Assembly: GCA_964016885.1 (NCBI GenBank)
Contig: OZ024741.1
Span: 90,210,001 to 90,274,000 of the forward strand
Length of the DNA stretch: 64,000 bases
Source of the DNA: Eledone cirrhosa
Lineage: Eukaryota
Reading direction: 5' to 3'
Part shown: positions 39,643-53,044 of the stretch, in pieces
Position numbering within the stretch: the stretch's first letter is position 1
Layout: each line of letters starts with the position of its first letter
The notes under the pieces: generated by a model
Databases searched by the model: none
What the model saw: the letters and a program-made list of their open reading frames with translations, nothing else
Told to the model about the DNA's origin: nothing
Translations under genes and position numbers: made by a program

Positions 39643-40104
39643 AAAAAGAAATAGGATTTCGCTTCAAGCATAGCTTTATACAATATGTGAATTATATATA
39701 CTTTTCTCGTCGGTGTAAATGATATACGAAATATTTATACATATTGTATAAAGCTATGCTTGAAGCGAAATCCTATTTCTTTTTTATTATAAGTTGAGCC
39801 AACTTATGCAGCTTCATATGCAAATGAGATTAATCACCTCATTTACATAGACGAGAAAAGTATATATTCTCGCCTGTCTTCTAGTCCAGTAGTCGCAAGC
39901 GGTGGGAGGGACCATCCTGACGAAGGCCAGTTAAGCCTGAAATGCATAGACAGTTGTCCCCCTTGCTTCTGCTAGACATCACCAGAGGGCGTTAGCTGTC
40001 CGGTGTTTGCATAGCTGCGGCTTCCTAAAACCGTATTTCTTTGGATATACGAAATATTTATACATATTGTATAAAGCTATGTTTGAAGCGAAATCCTATT
40101 TCTT
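39643..40104 (+). mobile_element. Retrozyme-like 323 nt HHR unit with direct terminal repeat and inverted arm
   Basis: Direct repeats 39721-39782 and 40044-40104, plus an inverted mosaic at 39643-39722. Confidence 0.72.
39908..39960 (+). ncRNA. Type I hammerhead ribozyme
   Basis: CTGACGA-AGGC(CAGTTAA)GCCT-GAAA-TGCA-TA-GA, with distal GGGAC/GTCCC pairing. Confidence 0.75.
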
Positions 40105-40135
<31 letters not shown>

Positions 40136-40138
<3 letters not shown>

Positions 40139-41742
40139 TGTACCAGGAAGAGGCACCACTGATGCCCTCTTCATTGTGAGGCAGTTACAGGAAAAGTACC
40201 TAGCTAAAAGTAAGCCACTCTACCTGGCATTCGTCGATCTTGAGAAAGCCTTTGACAGAGTTCCACGTGCTATAATCTGGTGGACTCTTAGAAAACTAGG
40301 AGTAGATGAATGGCTTGTGAAAGCTGTACAAGCCATGTATAGGGGAGCAGTCAGCAAAGTTAGGATTAGCAATGAGTATAGCGAGGAATTTAGCGTACAG
40401 GTCGGTGTCCACCAGGGCTCTGTTCTTAGCCCTCTCCTGTTCATCATAGTCCTGCAAGCAATAATGGAGGAGCTTAAGACTGGATGTCCATGGGAACTCC
40501 TGTATGCAGATGACCTCGCACTTATAGCTGAGTCTATGGTAGAACTAGAGAAGAAATTCCAAACTTGGAAGCAGGGACTAGAAAGAAAGGGTCTCAAAGT
40601 CAATCTGACAAAGACTAAGGTCCTTGTAAGTAGACGAGAAAACAGAACTCAGATTCCCTCAGGGAAATGGCCTTGCTCAGTATGTAGGAAAGGTGTAGGT
40701 AGGAACTCCATTCTCTGCCCCAAATGCAAACAATGGGTACACAAGAGATGTAGCGGGATCTCAGGAAGCTTAATTAAGAATGTAGGCTTCACATGTAGCA
40801 GCTGTGCTGGAACAGCAAACAACCACAGGAAACAAGTATCACCAATCTCTGGGAGGGCTCTGTAGAAACAGTAGACAGCTTCTGCTACCTAGGTGACCGA
40901 ATTAGCAGCGGAGGTGGGTGTTCAGAAAGTACAATAACTAGGGTAAGAACGGGATGGAAGAAGTTCAGGGAGCTACTGCCACTGCTAGCTGCAAAAGGCT
41001 TTTCCCTCAAAATGAAAGGCAGACTGTATGATGCGTGTATACGAACAGCAATGTTACACGGTAGTGAGACCTGGGCGCTGAAGGTGGAAGACTTACGTAG
41101 ATTAGAAAGAAACGAAGCCTGCATGCTCCGATGGATGTGTAATAGTAATATACGCGAACTGCAAAGCATAAATGAATTGAGAGAGAGACTGAGCATAAAA
41201 GGAATCAAATGCTGTGTGTAGGAGAGGCGGTTGCGTTGGTATGGACATGTGATGCGTATGACGGAATACAGCAGCATAAAAAGGTGCAGAGCACTAGAAG
41301 TCAATGGAAACCGCGGAGTGGTGAGACCCAAGAAGACCTGGGATGAGGTGATAAAAGCCGACCTTACCCAATTACACCTCTCAAAGGCGATGACACGCCT
41401 ACAGAGTACCCGACCTCCCATGGATACAAGCCGAAACTGAAGCTTATAGACAATATGCCCCCACACCCTCCCACTGCAAAGCGGTCGTGGAGGTGCCACG
41501 GCAAAAAAGCACCCAGTCCACACTGTAAAGTGGACGTGTAGGCGCCACGGAAAAAAAGCACCCAGCACTCACTGTAAATGAGGTTGGTGTTAGGAAGGGC
41601 ATCCAGCTGTAGAAATCAAGCCAGAATCAGTTCCCGTATGAGCAAGACAAGGTCAGCCGACCAGACACTGCCCACAACAGGACAACCCGTCTAACCCATG
41701 CTAGCTGGAAGAACGGACGTAAAACGGTGATGATGATGATGA

Positions 41743-41745
<3 letters not shown>
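40136..41745 (+). mobile_element. 5'-truncated RTE-X-like LINE (RT with internal PHD-like Cys finger) and (GAT)n tail
   Basis: FVDLEKAFDRV, QGSVLSP, YADD, CSVC...CPKC.QWVHKRC, LHGSETW, RWYGHVMR. Frameshift and stop present. Confidence 0.88.
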
Positions 41746-41806
<61 letters not shown>

Positions 41807-42129
41807 ATATTTAGAGAGAGAGAGGTACAACGCAATAAAGTTAGACTTCACTATATTTTATTTATTACCTAGTAGTTGTTATACGTATTTAGATGGTGTC
41901 TGTTACGTAATATCACATTTTCAGATACAATTTCATCAGACTGTTCTCACCCGCATAAACTTTAGTAATGTAATTTGGTGATATATACACCGGAAGGCTT
42001 TTGATGTTGATTCTCCACTATGCAGATCCAGTCGATATACGTTTGTGACATCGAAACTAATCACTGATTAATTAACACGACATAATGTCAACATGAGTGG
42101 ACCTGTTATATTTTATCTAAAGACATTTT

Positions 42130-42296
42130 TTCCAATTTCAACCAACCCGTCTGTTCAATCTATCTTATTTTTCATTCTTTCTTCTGGTGAAGGACTAGCG
42201 TCCGAAACGTTAAGACCCTCTTCCTGCTATATCAAGCGTTAACAGAATATATCCCTTCCATATACTCTACCTATTGTGTTGTTATTTATGTTTACC

Positions 42297-42301
<5 letters not shown>
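42130..42301 (+). mobile_element. Short HHR-bearing PLE-type 3' end (HHR 42180-42215, core CTGGTGA mutated)
   Basis: Homologous to 52990-53166. Confidence 0.7.
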
Positions 42302-42384
<83 letters not shown>

Positions 42385-42397
42385 ATATATATATATA

Positions 42398-42594
42398 AGT
42401 TTATCCCGGGTTCAATCGTGGGTAACCACAGTAAGTAAGGTACTCAATACAAAGCAGTGTATAAATATTTAATATAGAAAAGGCTTCTACAGGACTAGAA
42501 CTGTTTCTTTCGTGAGAAATCATCAGGGCTTCCTGATGATTTCTCACGAATGAAACAGTTCTAGTCTTGTAGAAGCCTTTTCTATATTAAATAT
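42398..42594 (-). mobile_element. Palindromic HHR-bearing PLE-type end
   Basis: Arms 42465-42527 and 42532-42594, each with CTGATGA-TTTC(TCAC)GAAW-GAAA. Confidence 0.65.
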
Positions 42595-42748
42595 ATATAT
42601 ATATTTGCTTTTCGACAACTTTTTGTGTGCGAAACAAGGAGGATACTGGGTATATTGCCGTACAATTGATCCTATGCGTGTGCTCCAAATGGATTTGTTG
42701 AACAAATTGTAAGCATCGAGATCGAGATAACTGGATATTGATCTAAAC

Positions 42749-43036
42749 CAGCCATGGGCAACCCTTTTCGAGAAGCGGGCGGCATGAGATATAGATCATT
42801 CAGGCGGGCCGCAAGTGCTAATTTACATTCGCGCCCACATTAAAAAAAGGGCGGTAACTCGGGTTGTTTTGATTTGTTTCTTCAGAATTCGTACACGTTG
42901 TTTTCCTCGATCGTAAAAAAGATAGAAAGATAAATTACGACTGAAAAGTTGGGGTAAAAAAATCAGAAAGATTTCACTTAGGTGACATAGGTGAGCCATT
43001 CAGAAAGCTTCGTGGGCTGCAGGTTGCCCCTGAATC
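42749..43036. mobile_element. hAT-type MITE
   Basis: 8-bp TSD ATCTAAAC, with degenerate TIRs CAG...GGGCAAC / GTTGCCC. Confidence 0.6.
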
Positions 43037-43059
43037 ATCTAAACTCTTATTTGATATAT

Positions 43060-44580
43060 ATATATGTTTATTCGGGTTTGAAGGTTCACCACTGGATAGA
43101 GCTGGTCAATTCCGTATGGTCAATCTTAATATGGAGAGTACTCAACGTAAAGCAGTTCAACCGTCTTCGTTTTTGTAGTTGGTGGTGCTAGTACGGAGTT
43201 AAATATTATAATAAAATGACAGGAGGCTGGACTTGTGTAAATCCTTGAAAGGTTTATTATACTATGATCATTTCAATGACCGGGTTCTGTATATCATCAG
43301 GTATTCGAAATATAATAAATGAATGTAATAGGTAAAATCCATGGGGCTGAAAATCAAAGACAGGAGAACGACCGACCATCTAACATCTTCCACTTTAGCC
43401 GGTCGCCCTCAAGTGTTGGCTATTCGGTCTACTTGAGGCCATCTGGTGAGGGGGTAAAGCTTTTAGTGTGCTACTACCCTCCCGGTCAAATAGAAAGGGA
43501 GAGGGAGATAAGTCAGCATTAATATCATGCTGGTAGATTGGCAGTATCGGTAGAGAGTCGGACGCCATGCTTTCCAGCATAGTTACGTCCCTTTACGATC
43601 TGAGTTCAAATCCCGCCGAGGTTGACTTAGCCTTTCACCCTTACGAGGTCGATAAAATAAAGTACCAGTAATGCACTGGGTAATTGCTGGCCTTGTGCCT
43701 AAAGTAGAAACAATTAATATCATGCTACACGAAAAAGACAAAAAGAAGGGGGAAGAAAAGGAAGAAGAAGAAAAGTCAGCGTTAATGTCGAGCTACAAGA
43801 AGAAAGACAGAAAGAAAGAGGAAGAGAAGTCCGTACTAATGTCAAGCTAGTCAGGCCAGGAGTGGCGCGAAAAATGTTTATTCTAAAGGACCCGTATCTT
43901 AACAGAGGTAAATATAGTGGGGGTCTGCATGTTATAATGTGTGAGCAGAAGATTGAACGTTAATTTTTGTTTAGATCTATAGGATGAAGTTACAAAAATT
44001 CAATATTTAATATTAACATTATAAAATTAAAGAAATTAGAAAATTGAAAATTAAACAGTTTAAAATTTTTAAGGTTTTAGTTGCGAGGTTTAAGTAAAGA
44101 AAGAGTCTTTTATGAAGAAACTTAAATTGTATTATAGAGTAAAGATTATGTCTTTGTTTAGCAGTCAAACAGCATGCGGCGACTGCAGGCTCCGTCGGCC
44201 CAACCTTACCGCGTGTCAGCCCTTCCGAGTGATATCGCCTAGCACTCTAGGAATGTATAACAGGCTTCAGGTGCGCCAGTGGGAAGTCAGCCCTCATCGT
44301 TAGGCCATCCTTGTACCAAACCAGTACTATTAATCTACCCGGGAGGGGATTTGTTTAAGTAGAGGGAGGCGTGATACATCTAATAGTTATGATTAGTTCT
44401 CCAATTTAAAGGTAATATATGGCGGTCTTAGATTTTACCTATTACATTCATTTATTGTATTTCGAATACCTGATGATATCACCGGATTCATACGGAACCC
44501 GGTCATTGAAATGATCATAGTATAATAAACCTTTCAAGGATTTACACAAGTTCAGCCTCCTGTCATTTTATTATAATATT
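43060..44580 (-). mobile_element. Non-coding PLE-type insertion with inverted pLTR and nested SINE (43530-43715)
   Basis: Arms 43202-43340 and 44431-44580 with HHRs, and TA flanks. Confidence 0.7.
44466..44523 (+). ncRNA. Type I hammerhead ribozyme (deleted copy at 43259-43304 minus)
   Basis: ATAC-CTGATGA-helix II-GAAA-TGATCA-TA-GTAT. Confidence 0.7.
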
Positions 44581-44685
44581 ATATATATATACATATGTAT
44601 ATATATATGTATATATATATATATATATACGTGGGAAAGTAAGAAATCGGAGAATAGACCGTTAAAACATGTTTATTTAAAACAG

Positions 44686-44724
44686 CACCTACGTACGTTT
44701 CGCCCAGTTGGGCTTCTCAAGGGC
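44686..44724 (-). ncRNA. Hammerhead variant (TTGAGAA core, U3-A8)
   Basis: CC-TTGAGAA-GCCC(AACT)GGGC-GAAA-CGTACG-TA-GG. Confidence 0.65.
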
Positions 44725-44961
44725 ATAAATAATCAAAAGTGTTCCTTACATTTCTCGGAAAGAGTTTTTGGGGTTAAATCCACGTCAAGGTTCATTGCTC
44801 GCAAAAATAGCTTGTTTTGATTTTGCAGCAGGTCCTTTGGCATACGCTACTTGGCAAATAACTATATGTATCACCTATCCTCCCCTTTTTTTCTCTCTCT
44901 CGATACGTAAATACTGTATATATATATATATATGTATACATATATATATATATATATATGT

Positions 44962-45006
<45 letters not shown>

Positions 45007-45766
45007 GAGGTTATATTTAATTTGTTGGGATTCAAGGAAGCTCCAACCGGTAAGGTTGTCTTTTTTTCAGGGTATGTCAATATTTATCTATAAAACTAAT
45101 CTGTATTGTATTTTATCTGATGAAATCGCACCATAGTTTGCCTTGGTGGCCCTTAAAATATGTATAATAAAATAAATATGGTTTTATAAATATAGTTTCC
45201 ATTTGTTAATATATTGTATATATATATATATACTATTTCGATTGGTCGTTCCATTGTTGTTACTGTCTGTCTGTCGGAACTACCGACAGAAATATATATA
45301 CATTCATATTTTCTTGCAAGAGTATTCTGTCCCTTAGATGTTTGACCAGGATGGTAATTATCCCACGCCAGGTATCTACTGTCAACGATACCTGTTCGGG
45401 TTGGGTTGTCTTGGCTACCTTTTACGTGTCACCATGTGTTGTGCGCTATTGGTAAATAGTCGTTGACCTTACGCTGAGTTCATTCGTCCTTTTGACAGGT
45501 AATGTCATATATACATACATACACACGAATGCATGTATACATACATATAGACATACATATAAACATACATACTGACATACATACACACATTCAATCATGC
45601 TTGACTACTTTGCTGATGTATAAATTCCCATGAAAGAGTTTTGTTTCGTGGTGAGAAACTAATTCTTTCTCTATTAGCGCCAAATTTGAAAATTAAAACT
45701 AGAACATACATGCATGCACACACACACACACACACACACTCAACGTACCTATAAATTACACACGCA

Positions 45767-45813
<47 letters not shown>

Positions 45814-46097
45814 GTATGTATGATGAAGGACATTTTATGAGCCGGAAACATTATTGTCTCCGTAACTCTATCCACGAAACAGTAACATTTACCACTCTAG
45901 ATTATATCTACCTTGACTATCACGTATTTACCACAACCTAACGCTCGAGACCAGTGCTCACCGTCCATTTTGTGTCTGGTCGTTTCTACATTTGTTTTTC
46001 ATGGAGAAAACTGCTGGACTAAGAAAATTGTTATACAAATCATTTCACACAGGTACATATACATATTATTATTATTATTATCATCGTTATTATTATT

Positions 46098-49000
46098 CTG
46101 CCGAGGTTAACTTTGCCTTTCATCCTGACGGGGTTGATAAAATAAAGTACCAGTAATGTACTGGTTAATTGCTGGCCTTGTGCCAAAAGTAGAAACAATT
46201 ATTATCATCGTTATTATTGTGCACTTTTACTCGACCTTATTGTAAACCCCCACTGTCCCTGTCTTTGTATTGTCCCCTACATGTCGGCCCTTGTGGCTAA
46301 TAAATGAAATCATTATTATTTTGCAGAATTTATAGACTTGGACAAAATGCTTTCTGGTATTTAGTTAAGACTTTGTACCATCTGATTTCAAATACCGCTG
46401 ATATAATCGACTATCCCCGCCCCCCAAATTATTGGCCTTGCGCCTAAAGGGCGGTGGATTGGCAGTATCGGTAGAGCATTTGGACAACATGCTTTGCCAC
46501 ATATAGTTACGGCCCTTTACGTTCTCAGTTCAAATCTCACCGAGGTTAGCTTTGTCTTTCATCCTTACGGGGTCGATTACATAAAGTACCAGTAATGCGC
46601 TGGTGTCGATTTACTCGACTTTTCTCTTCCCCCCAAATCGTTGGTCTTGTGCCTAAACCAGAAACCATTATTATTGTTGTCGTTGCTTCGACAATTTCAT
46701 GTGTGTACCCCCTTTTTTGAGGTGTTCTTATTTTTGAACTCATTACATAAACAGAAAGCAAACGCAAATTATCAGTAAATGGGAATGCGATTGTGTGTTT
46801 TTTTACTCTTTTCTAATGCTTAATTACGACTCATTCTTATTAGTCTTGTTGAAGCCATTTCTCTATTAAACGTTGTATATATACTACTATTTGATTCGAA
46901 TTAAAGAGGGCCCTTGCCATTCTGAGTTCAAATCCCACCGAGGTTAACTTTGCCTTTCATCCTTACGGGTCGATTAAGTAAAGTACCAGTAACACACTGG
47001 GATAATTGCTGGCCTTGTGCTAAAAGTAGAAACAATTATTAGTTCCCAAGATTGGCAGTATCGGAAGAGTCGGATGCATAGAGTTACGGCCCTTTGCAGA
47101 CTAAGTTCAAATCCCGCCGAGGTTAAGTTCATCCTTACGGGGTCGATAAAATAAAGTACTAGTAATGCACTGAGATAATTGCTGGCCTTGTGCCAAAAGT
47201 AGAAACAATTATTAGTTTCCCTCTTCAGTACACTGTGAGGAATCCATGATACGTTCAACTAACCTGCTAGAAATAGCAGCCAAATCTCCTTTGAATCATA
47301 CTTAAATCGTCTTAAAATGAAAGGGAAGGTCACATTATAAGTTTCAACTTTCACGTGGAAAGCAAAATCAATGTGGAGAATGAAGTGCTACCTTCCAGCA
47401 AATTTATTAAAAAGTGAATGATATTGGTGAACATGGTCCGAATGAACGGACATACTCTGAGTATACAGCTCTAGATTGGAGAAGGACAACTCGGAGAAGA
47501 CACTTTCCTTGGTGGTCAAGGTGACCATGACTTTTGTGTGTGTGTGTCTGGGGGTGGGGTGTCGAAGAGTGACCCTCGAAAATCTTTAGGTGATTTTCTT
47601 TGTTCAAATGTTATTGTTACTTCTTTAGTTTTTGTTCTCACTATTTCTCATTTTTATACATATCCACAAAACCACACCGTATCGTATTGTAACGTTCTTA
47701 ATATGTTTTCTATAAACCCTTTGTGATTAATAAAGGAACAGCTATTTAGTATTACTGTGGTTATGTTGAAACATTTATAATAATTGTTTCTATATTTGGC
47801 ACAAAGCCGGCAATTATCCCAGTGTATAACTGGTACTTTATTTTATCGACCTCGTAAGGATGAAAGACAAAGTTAACCTTGGCGGGATTTGAACTCAGCC
47901 CGTAAAGGACCGTGACTCTATAATGCAAAGCATGGCGTCCGATCCTCTACCGATACTGCCAATCCACTACCCTTTTATGAAACATTTATAATAATTGTTT
48001 CTACTTTTGGCACAAGGCCAGCAATTACCCAGTGCATTTCTGGTACTTTATTTTATCGACCCCGTAAGGATGAAAGGCAAAGTCAACCTCGGCGGGATTT
48101 GAACTCAGATCATAAAGGGACGTAACTCTATGCTTCAAAGCATGGTGTCCGTCTCTCTACCTATAATAATTGTTTCTACTTTTGGCACAAGGCCAGCAAT
48201 TATCCCAGTGTATTACTGGTACTTTATTTTATCGACCCCGTAGGGATGAAAGGCAAAGTTAACCTCGGCGGGATTTGAACTCTACCTATAATAATGATTT
48301 CTAATTTTGGCACAAAACCAGTAATTGTAGGGAAAGGGAAAGTCGAATATACCTACCCATTACTTGACTGGTACTTTATTTTATCGACATCAGCAGGATA
48401 AGTAAAGTTGATCTCGGCGGGATTTGAACTCAGATCATAAAGAGTCAGAACAAACACTGCCAGTCGTGAAAATATTGGTAATAATAGTATCTACTTCAGG
48501 CACAAGGCCAGCAATTTGAAAGGGAGGGGAAAGTCGATTAAATCTACCCTAGTACTTACTGGTGCTTTATTTTATCGACTCCGTAAGGATGAAAGGCGAA
48601 GCTAACCTCGGCGGGATTTGAACTCAGAACGTAAAGGGCCGTAACTCTCTGCCGACGCTCTACCGATACAGCCAATCCACCGCATTATTAGTAATAATGA
48701 AACCTTCCTTTTTATTACTCTAATAAATACAGTCAGTTACTCTTTATAATTAATTTACCAATTAAACTAATTTCCTGGTGCCACGTAATTTTTTAATGAA
48801 CATTTTTATGTTGTAAGTTACTAAAATGCTAGCAAGCAAGAGTGAAGACTATGCTTCCATTGATAACAATTAAGAATAAAAATCTTCGGGGTTGTCTCCA
48901 CCAGAAAATATTAACTAACACCTAATATTGATTTCTAATTTTGGCGCAAGACCAGCAAATTTAGGGCAGAGCAACGTCGATTAAAATCAACCATGTTACT

Positions 49001-49130
49001 TAACTGGTACTTTATTTTTATCGACCCCGAAAAGATGAAAAGCAAAGTTGATCTTGGTCGGATTTGAACTTAGAATGTAAAGAGCCGGAACATATACAGC
49101 GATGGTATTTTACCCAATAATCTACAAATT
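46098..49130. mobile_element. SINE-dense region, including a head-to-tail array at 47780-48685 (minus)
   Basis: About 11 copies of the major SINE family. Confidence 0.85.
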
Positions 49131-51797
49131 TTGCTAATACAAGTTCATCAAGATTAAAAATATACGAGCTTGTCTCCCCTAATTGTTCCACCAGATAGTG
49201 ATATTAGCTAACCCTTAACATTTTCCCCTATTTTAATGTTGAAACATTGTGAATATTCAAACCACACCTTCTTGAACTATTTAGAGATACTACACCCAAT
49301 TTATTTGTTCCGTACCATTAAAATATATAACTCCCGGACGAAGAGTACTGCACGAAACTCTCAACTCTTCTGTTCCACCCGGTAAACCAATTAATTCTAT
49401 ATTTTAGCAATTTAGAGGAAATATTAACATCTACTAATCGCTTGTCTATCACAGCTCCATTCATGCACATCATTAGATCCTGAATACAAACAACGTGCAC
49501 CTTTCCTTTCTCAAACATCCCCCCCCCCCCCCCCCCAAAAAAATACATATATATAAGTGTAGAATTCGTCCATGCGGGTTTTGTTGTTTTCTGTAGATCT
49601 TTGGCCTTTTATTGAACCTGCCGCTAGCTATCGTGTTTTAGGCGGAGGAAAGCACAGCTATCGTAGGTGTTAATGTGCTTAAAGCGTTGTTTGAACTTTA
49701 CTAGATAAGCATTGTCACTTAGCAACAAAGCTATTCACCTTTATATTGTGAATATCTTGTTGTTTGTTTCCTACATACTCTTCCTCCTCAGATGGCGGTT
49801 GGCTAAGTTAGACTGAACTGACAGGATAGTTGTCTCGCCCCAGGCCAGCCAGAATTGAGCAGACTTATGATCAAAGGTGTTCCAGCCGTGACCATCCCGT
49901 CTTATTATTATTTTTTTTTGCGAATAACCTCCAGACTGTGTACACTTTTAGGACAGCTGTGGGTAGCTTGATCCTGTGTAGGCGTATCTGTGCTGAGGAA
50001 ATAATAAAATCTTTAATTTTATAAATTTATAGATATGCACGAGATTACACTAAGTAACATTAATTAGAATGTTATAATGCACTAATTAACCAGATGATTA
50101 TAATGCTGTAAATATCCTTATAACATATTGGAAGCCACTTATATTGAATTACTATTTTGGTCGTAAAACCGAAATCGTTTTTATCCTGTGTTTTTAGAGA
50201 ACTCCCTCAGCGGGTGGCTTCAAAATTAAATAGTTTTTAATTTACGCACAAGGCCAGCAATTTTGGAGAGAATGGGAAAATTAATTACATCGACCAGTGC
50301 TTGACTGGTACTTATTTTATCAATCCCCGAAAGGATGAAAGGCAAAGTTGACCTCGGTGGAATTTGAACTAAGACCATAAAGAGCCGGAACAAAATATCG
50401 CAAAGCATTTCGTCGGACACTCTAATGATTCTGCTAATCCGCCAACTGGTTTTAAATTTTAATGCGGGTAAAACTTTGCTTACGACCATGTGGTTCTTCC
50501 ACAGTTGGCCTAAAGGCTTTCTCGTAGGTTCAAGACTGTATAGAAGAATAATTCTCAAACATTACATGAAAAACATTGTTCAGTGGAGCTAACATACCTA
50601 ATGTGGCGAGACAAAACAATTTTTATTTAGTAGAATTTACACTTGTGGTGAAAGTTTATGATTACGAAATTCTGGTTAAGGAAGCAACACTGACAGGGTG
50701 ATTTTGACGATACATAGTTCGAACGATAGTTAGCGTAACTTGGTAGCTTGGTAACTTTGATATCGCTTCAAATATTTACTCGTTATCTCTGACCTTTGAA
50801 ATGTGATCAAGCGGTCACAAATCTAGAAAAGGTAACTGTCTTCATGAATGTAAGGCATCTATTTATTGCCACCATAGTTGTATGGTTTTTGGTTCGATCC
50901 CATTGTATTATATACTCGGCAACGGGGTCGATAAAATAAAGTGCTAGTAATGCACTGGAATAATTGCTGGCCTTGTGCCAAAAGTAGAAACAATTATATA
51001 CTCGGCAACTGTTTTCTACAGTAGCATTTGGTCGACCAAAGCATCGTGAACAACATTTGTATATCGGAACAGTACAGAAGCTCGTCGTTGTATGTTTATG
51101 TATTTTTTAAAGTTTGTCTCAGCTATTGTGGTCAGGAACATACTGGAGCACACAAACACGTACATATATATATATATGTGTGTGTGTGAATTTCTGTGCG
51201 TGTGTCTGCTTTGTTTTGTGGCTTTTAGACCCAGACCCCTGGTGGTCTATCACAACAAATGGAATATTTGGAATTAGGGTAACCCGAGAGTGTTTCGATG
51301 CTACTTTGCTCCACTGACACGCAGAACAAATTCGGACCATCCTACAGGACACACTCATACAGTGTACTTACGTTAACAATTACGTTAACAATTATAAGTA
51401 AACCGTAGAATATCGCTCCGAGAGCATATCGTTCTCTCACCACGAAATACGTTTACTTATAAACGATTAGCTACACAACACCCTCATAAAATATGGTATG
51501 GGTTCGAATCTCATCGGAGGTGCTGTGCTAGGTTGTTTCAATCATTCCCCTACTTATTATTGGTTCTTATCACAGCTTTGCTTAATTAAGTGGAGGCCCA
51601 TCATGTTGTAGAGAATTGACGTTGGTGTGTTAAATAAAATAAAAAATATTGCTACCAGTTTTTATATTTTGTATGCAAAAAAAGCAACTTTTTCTTTTTC
51701 ATGCATATATATATACTGATAGATACATTACGAAACATACGCACACTAGTAGAAAAACCCACGGTAGTGCTGTTACTGCTTATATATACATACTGCT

Positions 51798-51846
<49 letters not shown>

Positions 51847-51852
<6 letters not shown>

Positions 51853-52290
51853 GATATTAATAAATGGAAACTATATTTATAAAACCATATTTATTTCATT
51901 ATACATATTTCAGGGATACCAAATTAAATTATGGTATGCCTTCATCAGGCAAAATACAATATATAACAGTTTTACAAATAAGCTTTGACGTACCCTATTA
52001 AAATGCAACCATTGTTTTGGGAAGTCATCCAAAAACAATGGTTGCATTTTAATAGGGTACGTCAAAGCTTATTTGTAAAACTGTTATATATTGTATTTTG
52101 TCTGATGAAGGCATACCATAATTTAATTTGGTATCCCTGAAATATGTATAATGAAATAAATATGGTTTTATAAATATAGTTTCCATTTATTAATATCGTA
52201 TATCTACTCCAAAAACTTGTCGAGTGCTTTATATCAGTTATAAAAAATATTTACTTGTTGTATCCCAACAATTTTAAATAGAACTTTTGC
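51847..52290 (+). mobile_element. Palindromic PLE 3' end (~175-bp arms) with two HHRs (51892-51956 minus, 52094-52158 plus)
   Basis: Arms 51847-52022 and 52028-52203. TATTTTGT-CTGATGA-AGGCATACCA..TGGTATCCCT-GAAA-TATGTA-TA-ATGAAATA. Confidence 0.8.
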
Positions 52291-52516
52291 ATATATATAT
52301 ATAAATTCAAATATTAATAAAATAGATGTTCTTGTGATCAATTAAATAACATTTAATTGATCACAAGAACATCTATTTTATTAATATTTGAATTTTAATA
52401 TTAATAACTCTGGAAAATATTTAACTGTAGAGTGCTTCCAATCTACTGTAAAACTCATTCTTTGATGTAATCATTGAATCTTGTTTAACTCTTCAATATA
52501 TATATATATATATATA

Positions 52517-52935
52517 GACGTATACATACTTATATTTAAGTATCAGCCGTACTAAGAGTGAGAAATGAAATTTCAATTTCATTTTTTCCATTTATCGTTT
52601 TCGGTACGCCCGGCCGACTAACTCACTCGATATGCAAATTAGGGTACTCAGCCGTTAATATGCGTAAGGAAAGTATATACTTTCAAACGTTCAATCGATT
52701 GACAGGAAGGTATACGGTGCTGATGACAAGTCAGAAGCTAGTTCATCGTTCCTTTGTCAGTGCTGAACAAAAGGGCAACGATGGTTGCCAAACACTGTAC
52801 GGCTTAATTTGTTTACAAACAAACCGAACATTATAATAAATGTTCGGTAAAAGCCATACGTACATATATATATGTGTACATGTATGTATATACATACTAC
52901 TGTACGTCTGTATACATATATGTATGTACATATAT
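52517..52935 (+). mobile_element. Diverged copy of the 461 nt HHR unit
   Basis: Colinear with 25941-26412. The HHR at 52715-52748 is degenerate. Confidence 0.8.
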
Positions 52936-53044
52936 ATACAGGGTATCCCAAAAAAGGTATACACACTTTGATTAGAATGCTGTAAGACATTTCTTTCCAA
53001 TTCCAACCCGCCCGTTCCCTCAATCTATCTTATTTCTCATTCTT

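Noticed and set aside
45109-45174. HHR homologue of the 52094 family
   Set aside because: The GAAA box is mutated to TAAA and helix II is disrupted. Counted only as a decayed copy.
51393-51460. ATAAGTAAA...TTTACTTAT hairpin with GAAA resembling a hammerhead
   Set aside because: The core CCGTAGA lacks A6 and there is no UH before helix I.
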